Assembly (NCBI GenBank): GCA_022180725.1
Contig: BQMO01000020.1
Coordinates: 3,380 to 67,379 of the forward strand
Origin: Phycisphaerae bacterium
GTDB taxonomy: Bacteria; Planctomycetota; Phycisphaerae; Phycisphaerales; UBA1924
Reading direction: 5' to 3'
DNA: 64,000 nucleotides
Shown here: positions 8,984 to 17,391 of the stretch, piece by piece
Position numbering within the stretch: the first letter of the stretch is position 1
Layout: each line of letters starts with the position of its first letter
Translations under genes and position numbers: made by a program
Notes under the pieces: generated by a model
Databases searched by the model: none
What the model saw: only the letters and a program-made list of their open reading frames with translations
What the model was told of the DNA's origin: nothing

Positions 8984-11446
8984 TTGGTGCTCAGAATCAT
9001 GATGTTTCGTGATAGCCTGGCACGCAGGGGTGTGGACATGTCGAGCGATCTCTACGCTGTGCGGGCCTCTTGGCTCGCGTGGATTCCGTGCTTGGCACTT
9101 TCCGCCGCGACGGCGGCGCAGACAGTCAGGCCGACCGGGCACGACGGCGAGATGGGCTGGGAGGCCTGCTCATGCGGCAAGGAAATGATGATCGCCGTCC
9201 GTGCCGCGTTGGGCCTCACCATCAACGAGCCGGGCACGCCCGCGTTCTCTGACCGTGAGGCCTTCACGGACACCGATGTCCTCCACAACGAGGCTGACAT
9301 CGAAGTCTTCCCGGCGACCGCCACGATCGCGGGGTCCAACACCATCACGGTCAAGTCGCTCGTCCCAGGACTGACCCAGTTCACGTTCATGCTCCGCGGG
9401 AACTTCTCCGTGCAGCGCGGGTTGTCCGGCAATGCCGCGGACAACAACCGCGTTACACTCAACGGCGGCACCGTCGCCGTCTGCTCCACCCCACCCGCCG
9501 ACAACTCCAGTTACGCCCGCACCGTCACCCTCGACCGCGCGTACGGCGTAGGCGAGGTATTCACCGTGCGCATCGACTACACCGGCCCGGCGGTTTCGCG
9601 CGGGTTCGGGTCGATCGAGTTCGGCACGCAGAACGGCGTCGACGTGGTCGCCTCGCTCAGCGAGCCGTACTACGCCGCCACGTGGGTGCCTGTGAAGGAC
9701 GGCGACGTACTTCTCCCCGGCAACAACGCCGACAAGGCGACCTGGGAACTGGCCGTCACCGCGCCCGACTCGTTGACGACGACCGCGAACGGCCTGTTGC
9801 AGGGAATCGACATCGTGGCCGGCGGGAAGAAGAAGTACCGCTGGGCGACGGCGTACCCCATGTCCACGTACCTCGGCGCCTTCTGCACCACCGCGTACGA
9901 CTTCTGGTCGCAGACCTACACGTACCCGCTCCCCGGCGGGGGCACGGGCACCATGCCCGTTGAGTTCTACATCTACCCTGCCAGCAACACCGCGGGTAAC
10001 CGCGCCGCGTGGGAGAAGTGCATCCCGATGCTCGCGGCCTTCCGCGGGGTCTACGGCGAGTACCCGTTCGTCAACGAGAAGTACGGCATCTACCAGTTCC
10101 CCTTCGGCGGGGGCATGGAGCACCAGACCAACACGGGCCAGGGCACCTTCGCCGAGTCCGTCACCGCGCACGAACTCGCCCATCAATGGTGGGGCGACAA
10201 CGTCACCTGCAAGACGTGGAATCACATCTGGCTGAACGAGGGTTCCGCGACGTACGGCGAGGCGCTGTGGGAAGAGCGCAAGCCCGGGAGTTTGGGGCTG
10301 CCCGCGCTCCAGGCCGCCATGAACGCCCGCCGACCCACGCAGGTCAACAACTCCGTGTATGTCCCCGCCACGAACGATCTCAACCGCATCTTCAGCAGCA
10401 ACTTCACCTACCGCAAGGGCGGGTGGGTGCTTCACCAACTCCGCCGCATTATCGGCGACGCCGCGTTCTTCCAGACCTTGCAGGACTACCGGGCCGCGTT
10501 CGGCGGTTCGGCGGCCACCACAGAAGACCTTCGTGACGTCGCCTCCGCCGCCGCCGGCGTGGACCTGACCAACTACTTCCAGCAGGCCGTGTACGGCATC
10601 GGCGCGCCGTCGTACGCCTTCGGCTGGCAGCCCGCCGTCATCAACGGGCAGCAGTACCTTCGGCTGTCCATCCGCCAGACGCAGAACAGCGCCTGGCCGG
10701 GGACCGGCACGCCGAGCAACGCCTTTGCCTACCCGATCGACCTGGCCATCACCACCGACCAGGGCGTCGAGTCGCGCGTGGTGGTCAGCGATGCGCGCAC
10801 CGAGCACTACGTGATCCCGCTGTCCGCCGCGGCCACGGGCGTCGCGCTCGACCCCAACGACTGGCTGCTCATCGTCGCGAAAGACGCCGAGGCGTACGTC
10901 AACGGCCCGGCGAAGATTGTCCAGGCCTCGCCCGCGCCGGAGGGGCTCCTCGACAACCCGCCCTCGACGCTCACCGTCACCTTCAGCGAGCCGGTGAATA
11001 CGCAGGGGTCGTACTACACCCTGACCGGCCCGGGTGGGCCGGTCGCCGCCTCGTACGCTTACAACGCCGCGTCGTACACCGTGACGCTCACGCCGGCGGC
11101 CCCGCTTGCGCCGGGCGCATACTCGCTCACGGTATCGCCGAGCGTCACTGCCGTCGCCTCGGGGCAGAGCCTCGACGGCGAGATCATCGCCGGGGTGTTG
11201 CCGTCGGGCGATGGGCAACCCGGCGGGGCCGCCATCATCGCGTTCACCATCGGCGCGCCGTGCGATGCCGACGTCAACTGCGACGGCGCCGTCAACGGGA
11301 TCGATGTCGAAATCCAGGAACTCGCCGTCGGCGGTGATTTCGCCGACTACTGCCAGCCCGACGCGGACTTCAATCAGGACGGCGCGGTGAACGGCACCGA
11401 CGTCGAGGCCGTCGAACTCGTCGTCGGCGGGGGTGAGTGCCCGTAA
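8984..11446 (+). CDS. M1-family zinc aminopeptidase with Ig-like spacer and dockerin-like C-terminal module
   Basis: GGMEHQT exopeptidase motif and HELAHQWWGD-x18-WLNEGSATY (HExxH...E). Signal-like ...WIPCLALSAATAAQ. C-terminus CDADVNCDGAVNGIDVE...DADFNQDGAVNGTDVE...GGGECP*. A more likely start is ATG 9038 (MSSDLYAV...), which is preceded by AGGGG. Confidence 0.85.
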   Translation: MVLRIMMFRDSLARRGVDMSSDLYAVRASWLAWIPCLALSAATAAQTVRPTGHDGEMGWEACSCGKEMMIAVRAALGLTINEPGTPAFSDREAFTDTDVLHNEADIEVFPATATIAGSNTITVKSLVPGLTQFTFMLRGNFSVQRGLSGNAADNNRVTLNGGTVAVCSTPPADNSSYARTVTLDRAYGVGEVFTVRIDYTGPAVSRGFGSIEFGTQNGVDVVASLSEPYYAATWVPVKDGDVLLPGNNADKATWELAVTAPDSLTTTANGLLQGIDIVAGGKKKYRWATAYPMSTYLGAFCTTAYDFWSQTYTYPLPGGGTGTMPVEFYIYPASNTAGNRAAWEKCIPMLAAFRGVYGEYPFVNEKYGIYQFPFGGGMEHQTNTGQGTFAESVTAHELAHQWWGDNVTCKTWNHIWLNEGSATYGEALWEERKPGSLGLPALQAAMNARRPTQVNNSVYVPATNDLNRIFSSNFTYRKGGWVLHQLRRIIGDAAFFQTLQDYRAAFGGSAATTEDLRDVASAAAGVDLTNYFQQAVYGIGAPSYAFGWQPAVINGQQYLRLSIRQTQNSAWPGTGTPSNAFAYPIDLAITTDQGVESRVVVSDARTEHYVIPLSAAATGVALDPNDWLLIVAKDAEAYVNGPAKIVQASPAPEGLLDNPPSTLTVTFSEPVNTQGSYYTLTGPGGPVAASYAYNAASYTVTLTPAAPLAPGAYSLTVSPSVTAVASGQSLDGEIIAGVLPSGDGQPGGAAIIAFTIGAPCDADVNCDGAVNGIDVEIQELAVGGDFADYCQPDADFNQDGAVNGTDVEAVELVVGGGECP
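11261..11446 (+). repeat. 186-nt dockerin-like C-terminal cassette (copy 4 of 4)
   Basis: See 5309-5494. Same length, frame and terminal tgcccgta(a/g). Confidence 0.8.
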
Positions 11447-11456
11447 CGCGTTCGCG

Positions 11457-12044
11457 CTAGGGGTGCGGCGCGATGTACGAGTCCCGGCAGTGCTCGGAGA
11501 TGGGTTGCGAGAACTCGTACACGTTCATGCTCTTGATGGGCGGCGAGTAGATGTGCAGGGTGATCAGGTCCTGCCCCGGGGCCTGCATGTTCGCCACTTC
11601 GTGGATGTCCGCGTCATCGGCCGCGCAGATGTACCCCGGCCTCATCACGTTCGTCGCCACGGGGCAGATCAGCCCCGAGGGTGTGTCTTTGAATCGAATC
11701 TCCGTGCCCTCGCCCTCGACCACCTTGAAGGCGCAGGAGACGCCCCTGTGATCGTGGATCGGGGTGCGGTCGGCCGAACGCCAGCACAGGGCCAGCAACT
11801 CGTACCAATCCGTCCGGCGGATGGTGTTGCGCTTGTACCCCTTCTGCCCGAACTCGCATGAGGGGGCGATGTCGGCGCGGGTCAGGTCTACCGAGGCCAG
11901 CAGCTTCGTGAGCACCGCCAGGTCGGCCCGCCCGGTGAGCGAATCGAGGTACTCGACCAAGGGGCCGAGTTTGGCGTACGTCTGCCCGCCGCGCGAGCAA
12001 CAACACATCGACGGGGTGGCCTGGGTGGGCGAAGTCTGGGTCAC
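11457..12044 (-). CDS. cysteine dioxygenase type I-like cupin protein
   Basis: YELLALCWRSADRTPIHDHRGVSCAFKVVEGEGTEIRF follows the CDO pattern L..CW..G..S.IHDH..S.C..K.L.G. About 195 aa. Confidence 0.7.
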   Translation of the reverse strand: MTQTSPTQATPSMCCCSRGGQTYAKLGPLVEYLDSLTGRADLAVLTKLLASVDLTRADIAPSCEFGQKGYKRNTIRRTDWYELLALCWRSADRTPIHDHRGVSCAFKVVEGEGTEIRFKDTPSGLICPVATNVMRPGYICAADDADIHEVANMQAPGQDLITLHIYSPPIKSMNVYEFSQPISEHCRDSYIAPHP

Positions 12045-12106
12045 GGCGTGCTCCTGTGCGGAAAGAATATCGCGGATTTCACGCCGCGCCCAGCCCGTTC
12101 TTCCGG

Positions 12107-13339
12107 TTACAGGCGCGCTTCCGCGTCGAGTTCAGTCCGCAGAGCCTTGGCCAGGTACTCATACTGCGCCCGCGAGTTGTAGACCTGGGTGCTGATGCGT
12201 ACGAATCGTTCGGGCTTGCCCGCCAGCCCCCAGACGGGCACCTGAATGCCCCAGTTGGCCAGCAGCGCGTCCTGGAGCGCGTCGTGGTACGCGGTGGGCC
12301 GGGCCGCGAGGCGCACACGCCGGGCCTCGTCGTGCGGCGGGAGGACGATCGTGGCGATCGACCCGATCATCGACTCCGGGGCCGGCGCCTCGACCCCGAG
12401 GGATTCGCAGAGCATGCCCCGCGCCCGCACGCACAGGTCGTGGTTGTGCGTCATGACCGCAGGCCAGCCCCCGCCGAGATCCGCCATCACCTCGATGGCC
12501 TTGGGGATGCTGTAGAGCGCGGTGTAATCCTGCGTGCCGACGTAGTCGAACTCGGTGAGGAACTGCGATCGGCCCGGCTTGGGCTTCTCCGCATTGTTCG
12601 AGAGCACCAGCGGACGGAACGCCTCGCGCCGGTCGTCTCGCACGTACAAAAACGCCGAGCCTTTGGGTGAGCAGACCCATTTATGACAGTTGGCGGTGTA
12701 GTACGCGGGCCGGAGGGCGCCAAGGTCGAGCGTGGGGATCATGCCCGGGGCGTGGGCGCCGTCAACAAGCACGTCAACCCCGCGTGCCTGGAGCGACGCC
12801 ACCACGCGCTCGACGGGCAGGACCAGACCCGTGGGGCTGGTGACGTGGCTGACGAGCGCCAGCCGCGTGCGCGGCGTGACCTTCGCCTCGTACGCCGAGA
12901 CGACCTGCGCCGAATCGCGGATGGGGAACGGCACGTCGGCATAGGTGACGCTCGCGCCGGCCCGTGCCGCGGCCCGACGGACGCTGTTCTGGCACGCCGG
13001 GTACTCCTGCGCGTTCATCAGGATTTCGTCGCCTGGTTCCAATCGGACATTTGAGAGCACGGTCGCCACGGCGATGGAGGCGTTGGGGAGCAGCGCCAAC
13101 CCGCCCTGATCGCACCGAACGAAGCGGGCCAACGCGTGACGCGCGTGGTCCATCAACCCTTCGTGCCGCGTGACGTAGTGTCGCACCAGCTCGCGCTCCA
13201 TCTGAGCGCGCTGTTGCGTCTGCTCCTCCAGCACCGCCCGCGGGCACGAGCCGAACGAACCGTGGTTCAGGTACACGACGTCGTGTTCGTGGTCCCAGTG
13301 CGAAGCCAGCGGGGAAGGCGGGGGCAAAGATCGGGTCAT
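12107..13339 (-). CDS. class V PLP-dependent aminotransferase (isopenicillin-N-epimerase / cysteine(sulfinate) desulfurase-like)
   Basis: YLNHGSFG N-terminus, DGAHAPG, and NCHKW (PLP-lysine context). 410 aa. Confidence 0.8.
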   Translation of the reverse strand: MTRSLPPPSPLASHWDHEHDVVYLNHGSFGSCPRAVLEEQTQQRAQMERELVRHYVTRHEGLMDHARHALARFVRCDQGGLALLPNASIAVATVLSNVRLEPGDEILMNAQEYPACQNSVRRAAARAGASVTYADVPFPIRDSAQVVSAYEAKVTPRTRLALVSHVTSPTGLVLPVERVVASLQARGVDVLVDGAHAPGMIPTLDLGALRPAYYTANCHKWVCSPKGSAFLYVRDDRREAFRPLVLSNNAEKPKPGRSQFLTEFDYVGTQDYTALYSIPKAIEVMADLGGGWPAVMTHNHDLCVRARGMLCESLGVEAPAPESMIGSIATIVLPPHDEARRVRLAARPTAYHDALQDALLANWGIQVPVWGLAGKPERFVRISTQVYNSRAQYEYLAKALRTELDAEARL

Positions 13340-13414
13340 GAATCGGTCACCTCACGCATGCCGCGGGGCGCGACCGACGCAACACCGCCAGCGAAGAACG
13401 TACAGTAGCGACCC

Positions 13415-14380
13415 GTGGGAGCGCCCCCGCCAACTTCACCAACGCCCCGATGGCGCCAGGTTCTGTTCCTCGCGGCCATGGTCGCCGTCGCAGGGCCATG
13501 GCCCTGGGCCCGCGCCGACCTCGCCCTGCTCGTGGGGATCGTGCTCGCGCTCGCGGGCCTTGCCGCTTTCGAGCACGGGGCCAAGGCCGTTTCAAAGTAC
13601 CTCATCCAGGCGTGCGTGGTGCTGCTGGGGCTTCGGCTGGACCTTTCCACGCTGGCCCGCGCCGCCGCCGACGGCTTCACCCTCGCCATCGCCACCATCC
13701 TGGGCGCGCTCGCCCTCGGGCTGGTGCTCGGACGGGTGCTGCGTACAGGGCGTGAAGTATCAACACTCGTCTCGGCGGGAACCGCGATCTGTGGAGGGTC
13801 GGCCATCGCCGCGGTGGGGGCGTCGATCCGGGCCGCCTCCGCCAGCATGGCCGTCGCCACCGGGGCCATCTTCGTCCTCAACGCCGTCGGGCTGTGGACG
13901 CTCCCGCCGATCGGGCACGCCCTGGGCCTGACCGACGCTCAGTTCGGCACGTGGGCCGGGGTGGCGCTGCACGACATCGCCTCGGTCAACGGGGCCGCCA
14001 AATCGTTCGGCCCCGAGGCCGTCGATACCGCCAACGTCGTCAAGATGGTCCGCGTTGTGTGGATCTTCCCCCTCGCGCTGGCGGCGGGGTGGATCGTGAA
14101 ACCCGCGGGCGAGGTGTCCGCGAAGCGTCCACCGTTTCCATGGTTCATCCTGCTCTTTGTTCTTGCCAGCGCGGCCCGGACGTGGGTTCCCGGCACGGGG
14201 TCGATCGAAGGAGAAGTGAAGCACGCGGCGGGGATGGGCTTTCAGGCCGCATTGTTCCTGATCGGCACCGGACTTTCGCGTGCGGCGATGAAGCGCGTCG
14301 GGTGGCGTGCCCTGGTGCAGGCCGCCGTGCTCTGGGTGCTCGTCGCGGCCGGCTCTCTTGCCGCCGTGATGTACCTGTAG
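13415..14380 (+). CDS. YeiH/UPF0324-family membrane protein (putative sulfate/sulfite exporter family)
   Basis: Polytopic membrane protein with the family-typical SAGTAICGGSAIAA motif. 321 aa. Confidence 0.7.
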   Translation: MGAPPPTSPTPRWRQVLFLAAMVAVAGPWPWARADLALLVGIVLALAGLAAFEHGAKAVSKYLIQACVVLLGLRLDLSTLARAAADGFTLAIATILGALALGLVLGRVLRTGREVSTLVSAGTAICGGSAIAAVGASIRAASASMAVATGAIFVLNAVGLWTLPPIGHALGLTDAQFGTWAGVALHDIASVNGAAKSFGPEAVDTANVVKMVRVVWIFPLALAAGWIVKPAGEVSAKRPPFPWFILLFVLASAARTWVPGTGSIEGEVKHAAGMGFQAALFLIGTGLSRAAMKRVGWRALVQAAVLWVLVAAGSLAAVMYL

Positions 14381-14384
14381 CGTG

Positions 14385-15650
14385 CTAGGCGGCGGCCCTG
14401 GTCGGCGCGATGCAGAGCGCGGTCACATCGTCGGGGTGGTGCAGCGACCCGGCCTGCCCATCGACCAGGTCCTTCATACGGGCGAGCACGCCGCTCAAAC
14501 CCTGTCCCGCGCCCCGTGAAGCCGTGGCGATCTCACGGATCCATGCCTCGCGCCGTTCACGCGACGCCGGGGAGACCCCCGCGGGCGGGGGGAACGCGTT
14601 CTCCAGCCCGTCGGTGTACACCAGCAACGTCTCATCCTCCGCGAGCGGCACCACAACCTGGTCGAACGTCGCCTCGCCGAAGACGCCCAGGAGCGGCCCG
14701 CTGGTTTCGACCTCGCGCGGCGCCCTGGACGACAGCACGACGGGCATGGGGTGCCCCGCGCCGGCGATGGTCGCGGTGCGCGTGGCCGAGTCGACCACCC
14801 CGTACACCGCGGTTGCAAATCGTCCCGACCCGAAGCAACTCGCGCACATCCGCGTGTTCAGCCGCGCCAGGACCTCCGACGGTTCCAGCGGCGTCAAGCG
14901 TCCGGTTGCGTCGGGGACGCTGGTGGTCAGGCTCGCCGTGAGGACCATGGTGAGCAATGCCGCGGGCACGCCGTGGCCCACCGCGTCGGCGATGAAGAAC
15001 GCCGCCTTGCCGTTGCCCAGGTCACGCAGGGAATAAATATCGCCCGAAACAAAGTTCACCGGGCGGTAGAGCACGGCGATCTCCAGCCCGGGCAGGGTCG
15101 GCACGGTCGACGCGGTGAACTCCCGCTGGATGGCCGCGGCCAGGTGCAGTTCCTCGTGCATGCGGTCCATCTCGAGCCGGATGCCGCCCTGGCACCGATG
15201 GGCGAGTTGGACCTCGCGCGCCAGAAGTCGCACCGCGCCCTGCCGCTCGGCCAGGGCGTACAGCATGGCCGAGACATGGCGCGGGTCCGCGTCGAGCGTG
15301 GTGAAGATCACCCCGTGCCGCTGGAACGATTGCCAATCTCCCGCCGCGGGCAGTTGCACCACCGCGGGCAGGTGTCGCCGGTGCAGCCCTTCGACGAGTC
15401 GGTCCACGTACGACGCGGGCGTGCCCTGTCCCAGGGCGACCAGCGCCACGCCCGCCATCGGCGCGGGGTCGTCGCCCCCGCCCTGCTCCAACTCCTGCAG
15501 GAGCACGTCGAGCAGCATTGGTCGGTGCGTGGGCGTGGGAGAGGCCGGCCAGCGGTCCAGCACCGGCGACAGAAACATCCGTTGCGGCTGCTCGAACGAA
15601 CCCGACGTGGCGAACACGATGTGCCGATCGGACATTGCTGCGCTCCCCAC
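14385..15650 (-). CDS. PP2C/SpoIIE-family Ser/Thr phosphatase with uncharacterised about 190-aa N-terminal domain
   Basis: C-terminal half has SGDIYSL, ADAVGHGVPAALL, AGHP and YTDGL, typical of RsbU/SpoIIE phosphatases. Confidence 0.8.
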   Translation of the reverse strand: MGSAAMSDRHIVFATSGSFEQPQRMFLSPVLDRWPASPTPTHRPMLLDVLLQELEQGGGDDPAPMAGVALVALGQGTPASYVDRLVEGLHRRHLPAVVQLPAAGDWQSFQRHGVIFTTLDADPRHVSAMLYALAERQGAVRLLAREVQLAHRCQGGIRLEMDRMHEELHLAAAIQREFTASTVPTLPGLEIAVLYRPVNFVSGDIYSLRDLGNGKAAFFIADAVGHGVPAALLTMVLTASLTTSVPDATGRLTPLEPSEVLARLNTRMCASCFGSGRFATAVYGVVDSATRTATIAGAGHPMPVVLSSRAPREVETSGPLLGVFGEATFDQVVVPLAEDETLLVYTDGLENAFPPPAGVSPASRERREAWIREIATASRGAGQGLSGVLARMKDLVDGQAGSLHHPDDVTALCIAPTRAAA

Positions 15651-15706
15651 GCCTCGAGCCGCGGCGACGACCGCGCCGGCACTCCCGCGATGGGGAAACC
15701 ATCGGC

Positions 15707-16363
15707 TTACTTGGCCAGTTTCTTCAGGCGCGCAATGTCGAGGTCAAACTTATCGGCCACCTTCACGTTCAGCCCGTCCAGCGTGTTGCCCTTCAGTTCG
15801 ATAACGAACTGTGCCGCGAACTTGCTGTGGTACCGCTTCAGCCGCTCCTCGTACTGCCTGTTGAATGTCTGTCCCGGGTCGTTCACCTTCTCGGCCTCGG
15901 TCCGCGGGGGCTCGGGGGTCATCTTGTAGAACGACACCACCCGCCCCGACCCGTCGAGATAGATGATGTCGATCGGGATCGGGCAATCCCGCATCACGAA
16001 CTGTTGGACCGACGGGCGATCAAATACGAACAGCATGCCGCCGTCGTCCGCAATCTCCGTCCGATCAGACAATCCCTTGAACCGCGACGTCGGTTCCGCC
16101 GCCAACTCCAGTTTGAACTTTTTCCCCGAGATCGTCACGGTCTCGATCGGCAGGGATGATTTGGGCGCCTCGGGCGGATTGGTCTTGTCTTGCTTCGCCG
16201 GCGTGCCGCCGCTCGGCGTGGGTGTGGGCGGCGGGGTGTCCTTCTTCGCGGGGGTAGCCCCCTGGTCCGCCCCGGCGTGGTCGCACGCGGGCAACGTGCC
16301 GATCAGCCCCGTCGTGAAGCATGCGCCCAAGACCAGCCGTGCCGTCATCGCGATACGAGCCAT
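15707..16363 (-). CDS. DUF192-domain lipoprotein
   Basis: KGLSDRTEIADDGGMLFVFDRPSVQQFVMRDCPIPIDIIYLD matches the DUF192 core. ATG 16363 (MARIAMTARLVLGACFTTGLIGTLPAC lipobox) is preceded by GGAGGA. The longer track ORF (to 16480) overlaps gluQ. Confidence 0.7.
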   Translation of the reverse strand: MARIAMTARLVLGACFTTGLIGTLPACDHAGADQGATPAKKDTPPPTPTPSGGTPAKQDKTNPPEAPKSSLPIETVTISGKKFKLELAAEPTSRFKGLSDRTEIADDGGMLFVFDRPSVQQFVMRDCPIPIDIIYLDGSGRVVSFYKMTPEPPRTEAEKVNDPGQTFNRQYEERLKRYHSKFAAQFVIELKGNTLDGLNVKVADKFDLDIARLKKLAK

Positions 16364-17379
16364 GCGTGATCCTCCGGGGTGAACACGATCGGCGTGCGGG
16401 GAATGGTATCGAGCGAAAACCCGGCGAGAAACTCCGCCGCCGAGAGCGCCCGGGGTTTCGGGATGATCCCGCACCACCACGCCGCCAGCCCGATGACGCG
16501 CTCGGCGGATACCCCGGCCGCGCGGTACGAGTCCAGTCGCGTGTCCCCGTGCCGCTTGGCGAGCCGTCGCCCGTCGGTGCCCAGCACGAGCGGCACGTGC
16601 ATATAGGCCGGGGGCTCCGGATGCGCGAGCGCCCGACCGAGCAGGATCTGCCGCGCCGCCGAATCGAGCAGGTCGTCGCCCCGCACCACGTGCGTAACGC
16701 CCTGCCGGGCATCATCCACCACGACCGCGAGTTGATACGCCGGCTGTCCGGGCCGATCCGGGGTGCGCCTCGTCCAGATCACAAAGTCGCCCACACGCGT
16801 CGAGATGTCATACGACCGCGCCCCGGCGAACTCATCGACGAACGCGACGGGACCGGGCGGGGTGACGAACCGCCAACTCGGGTTCGTGTCCTCGAACCGC
16901 CCGGGCATCGCCGTCGGCCTCAGCGTCGCCGGGAACACCACCTCGTGCGACCCTTCCTGCGGCGCATTCGCCGCCGCCTCGATCTCCCCACGTGTGAGTG
17001 CGCACGGATACGTCAACCCGCGTGCCGCCAACGACGCCATCGCCGCACGGTGTGGTTCCAGGTCCGCCGACTGCACGATCGGTCCGGCGTCCCAGTCCAT
17101 CCCCAGCCATTGGAGCAGGTCGATTGTCAGGTCAATGACCCCCGGCTTGACGCGCGGCGTGTCGAGGTCCTCGAGCCGCAGCACGATCCGCCAGCCGCGT
17201 TGCCGCGCGAGGGCCCAGGTGATCAAGAACGTCCGCGCGTTGCCCAGGTGCAGCGCTCCGGTGGGGGACGGGGCCAGGCGTGTGGTTGAGGCGGCGGCCT
17301 GCGGCGCAAGTGCTGTCACGAACGCAGGGTACGTCGGGACGCCGGGGTCGGTACACTGTGCCTCGGATCGTGCTGGCAT
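16345..17379 (-). CDS. gluQ: glutamyl-Q tRNA(Asp) synthetase
   Basis: RLAPSPTGALHLGNARTFL (HIGH-like), VRGDDLLDSAARQ, RRLAKRHGD. Start ATG 17379 (MPARSEAQ...). The track ORF upstream extension overlaps the convincing + strand PCD gene. Confidence 0.8.
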   Translation of the reverse strand: MPARSEAQCTDPGVPTYPAFVTALAPQAAASTTRLAPSPTGALHLGNARTFLITWALARQRGWRIVLRLEDLDTPRVKPGVIDLTIDLLQWLGMDWDAGPIVQSADLEPHRAAMASLAARGLTYPCALTRGEIEAAANAPQEGSHEVVFPATLRPTAMPGRFEDTNPSWRFVTPPGPVAFVDEFAGARSYDISTRVGDFVIWTRRTPDRPGQPAYQLAVVVDDARQGVTHVVRGDDLLDSAARQILLGRALAHPEPPAYMHVPLVLGTDGRRLAKRHGDTRLDSYRAAGVSAERVIGLAAWWCGIIPKPRALSAAEFLAGFSLDTIPRTPIVFTPEDHAWLVSR

Positions 17380-17391
17380 CAGGAGCGACCC

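Noticed and set aside
9170-11218. 682-aa minus-strand ORF antisense to the M1 aminopeptidase gene
   Set aside because: Shadow ORF. The + strand carries unambiguous GxMEN/HExxH-E motifs.
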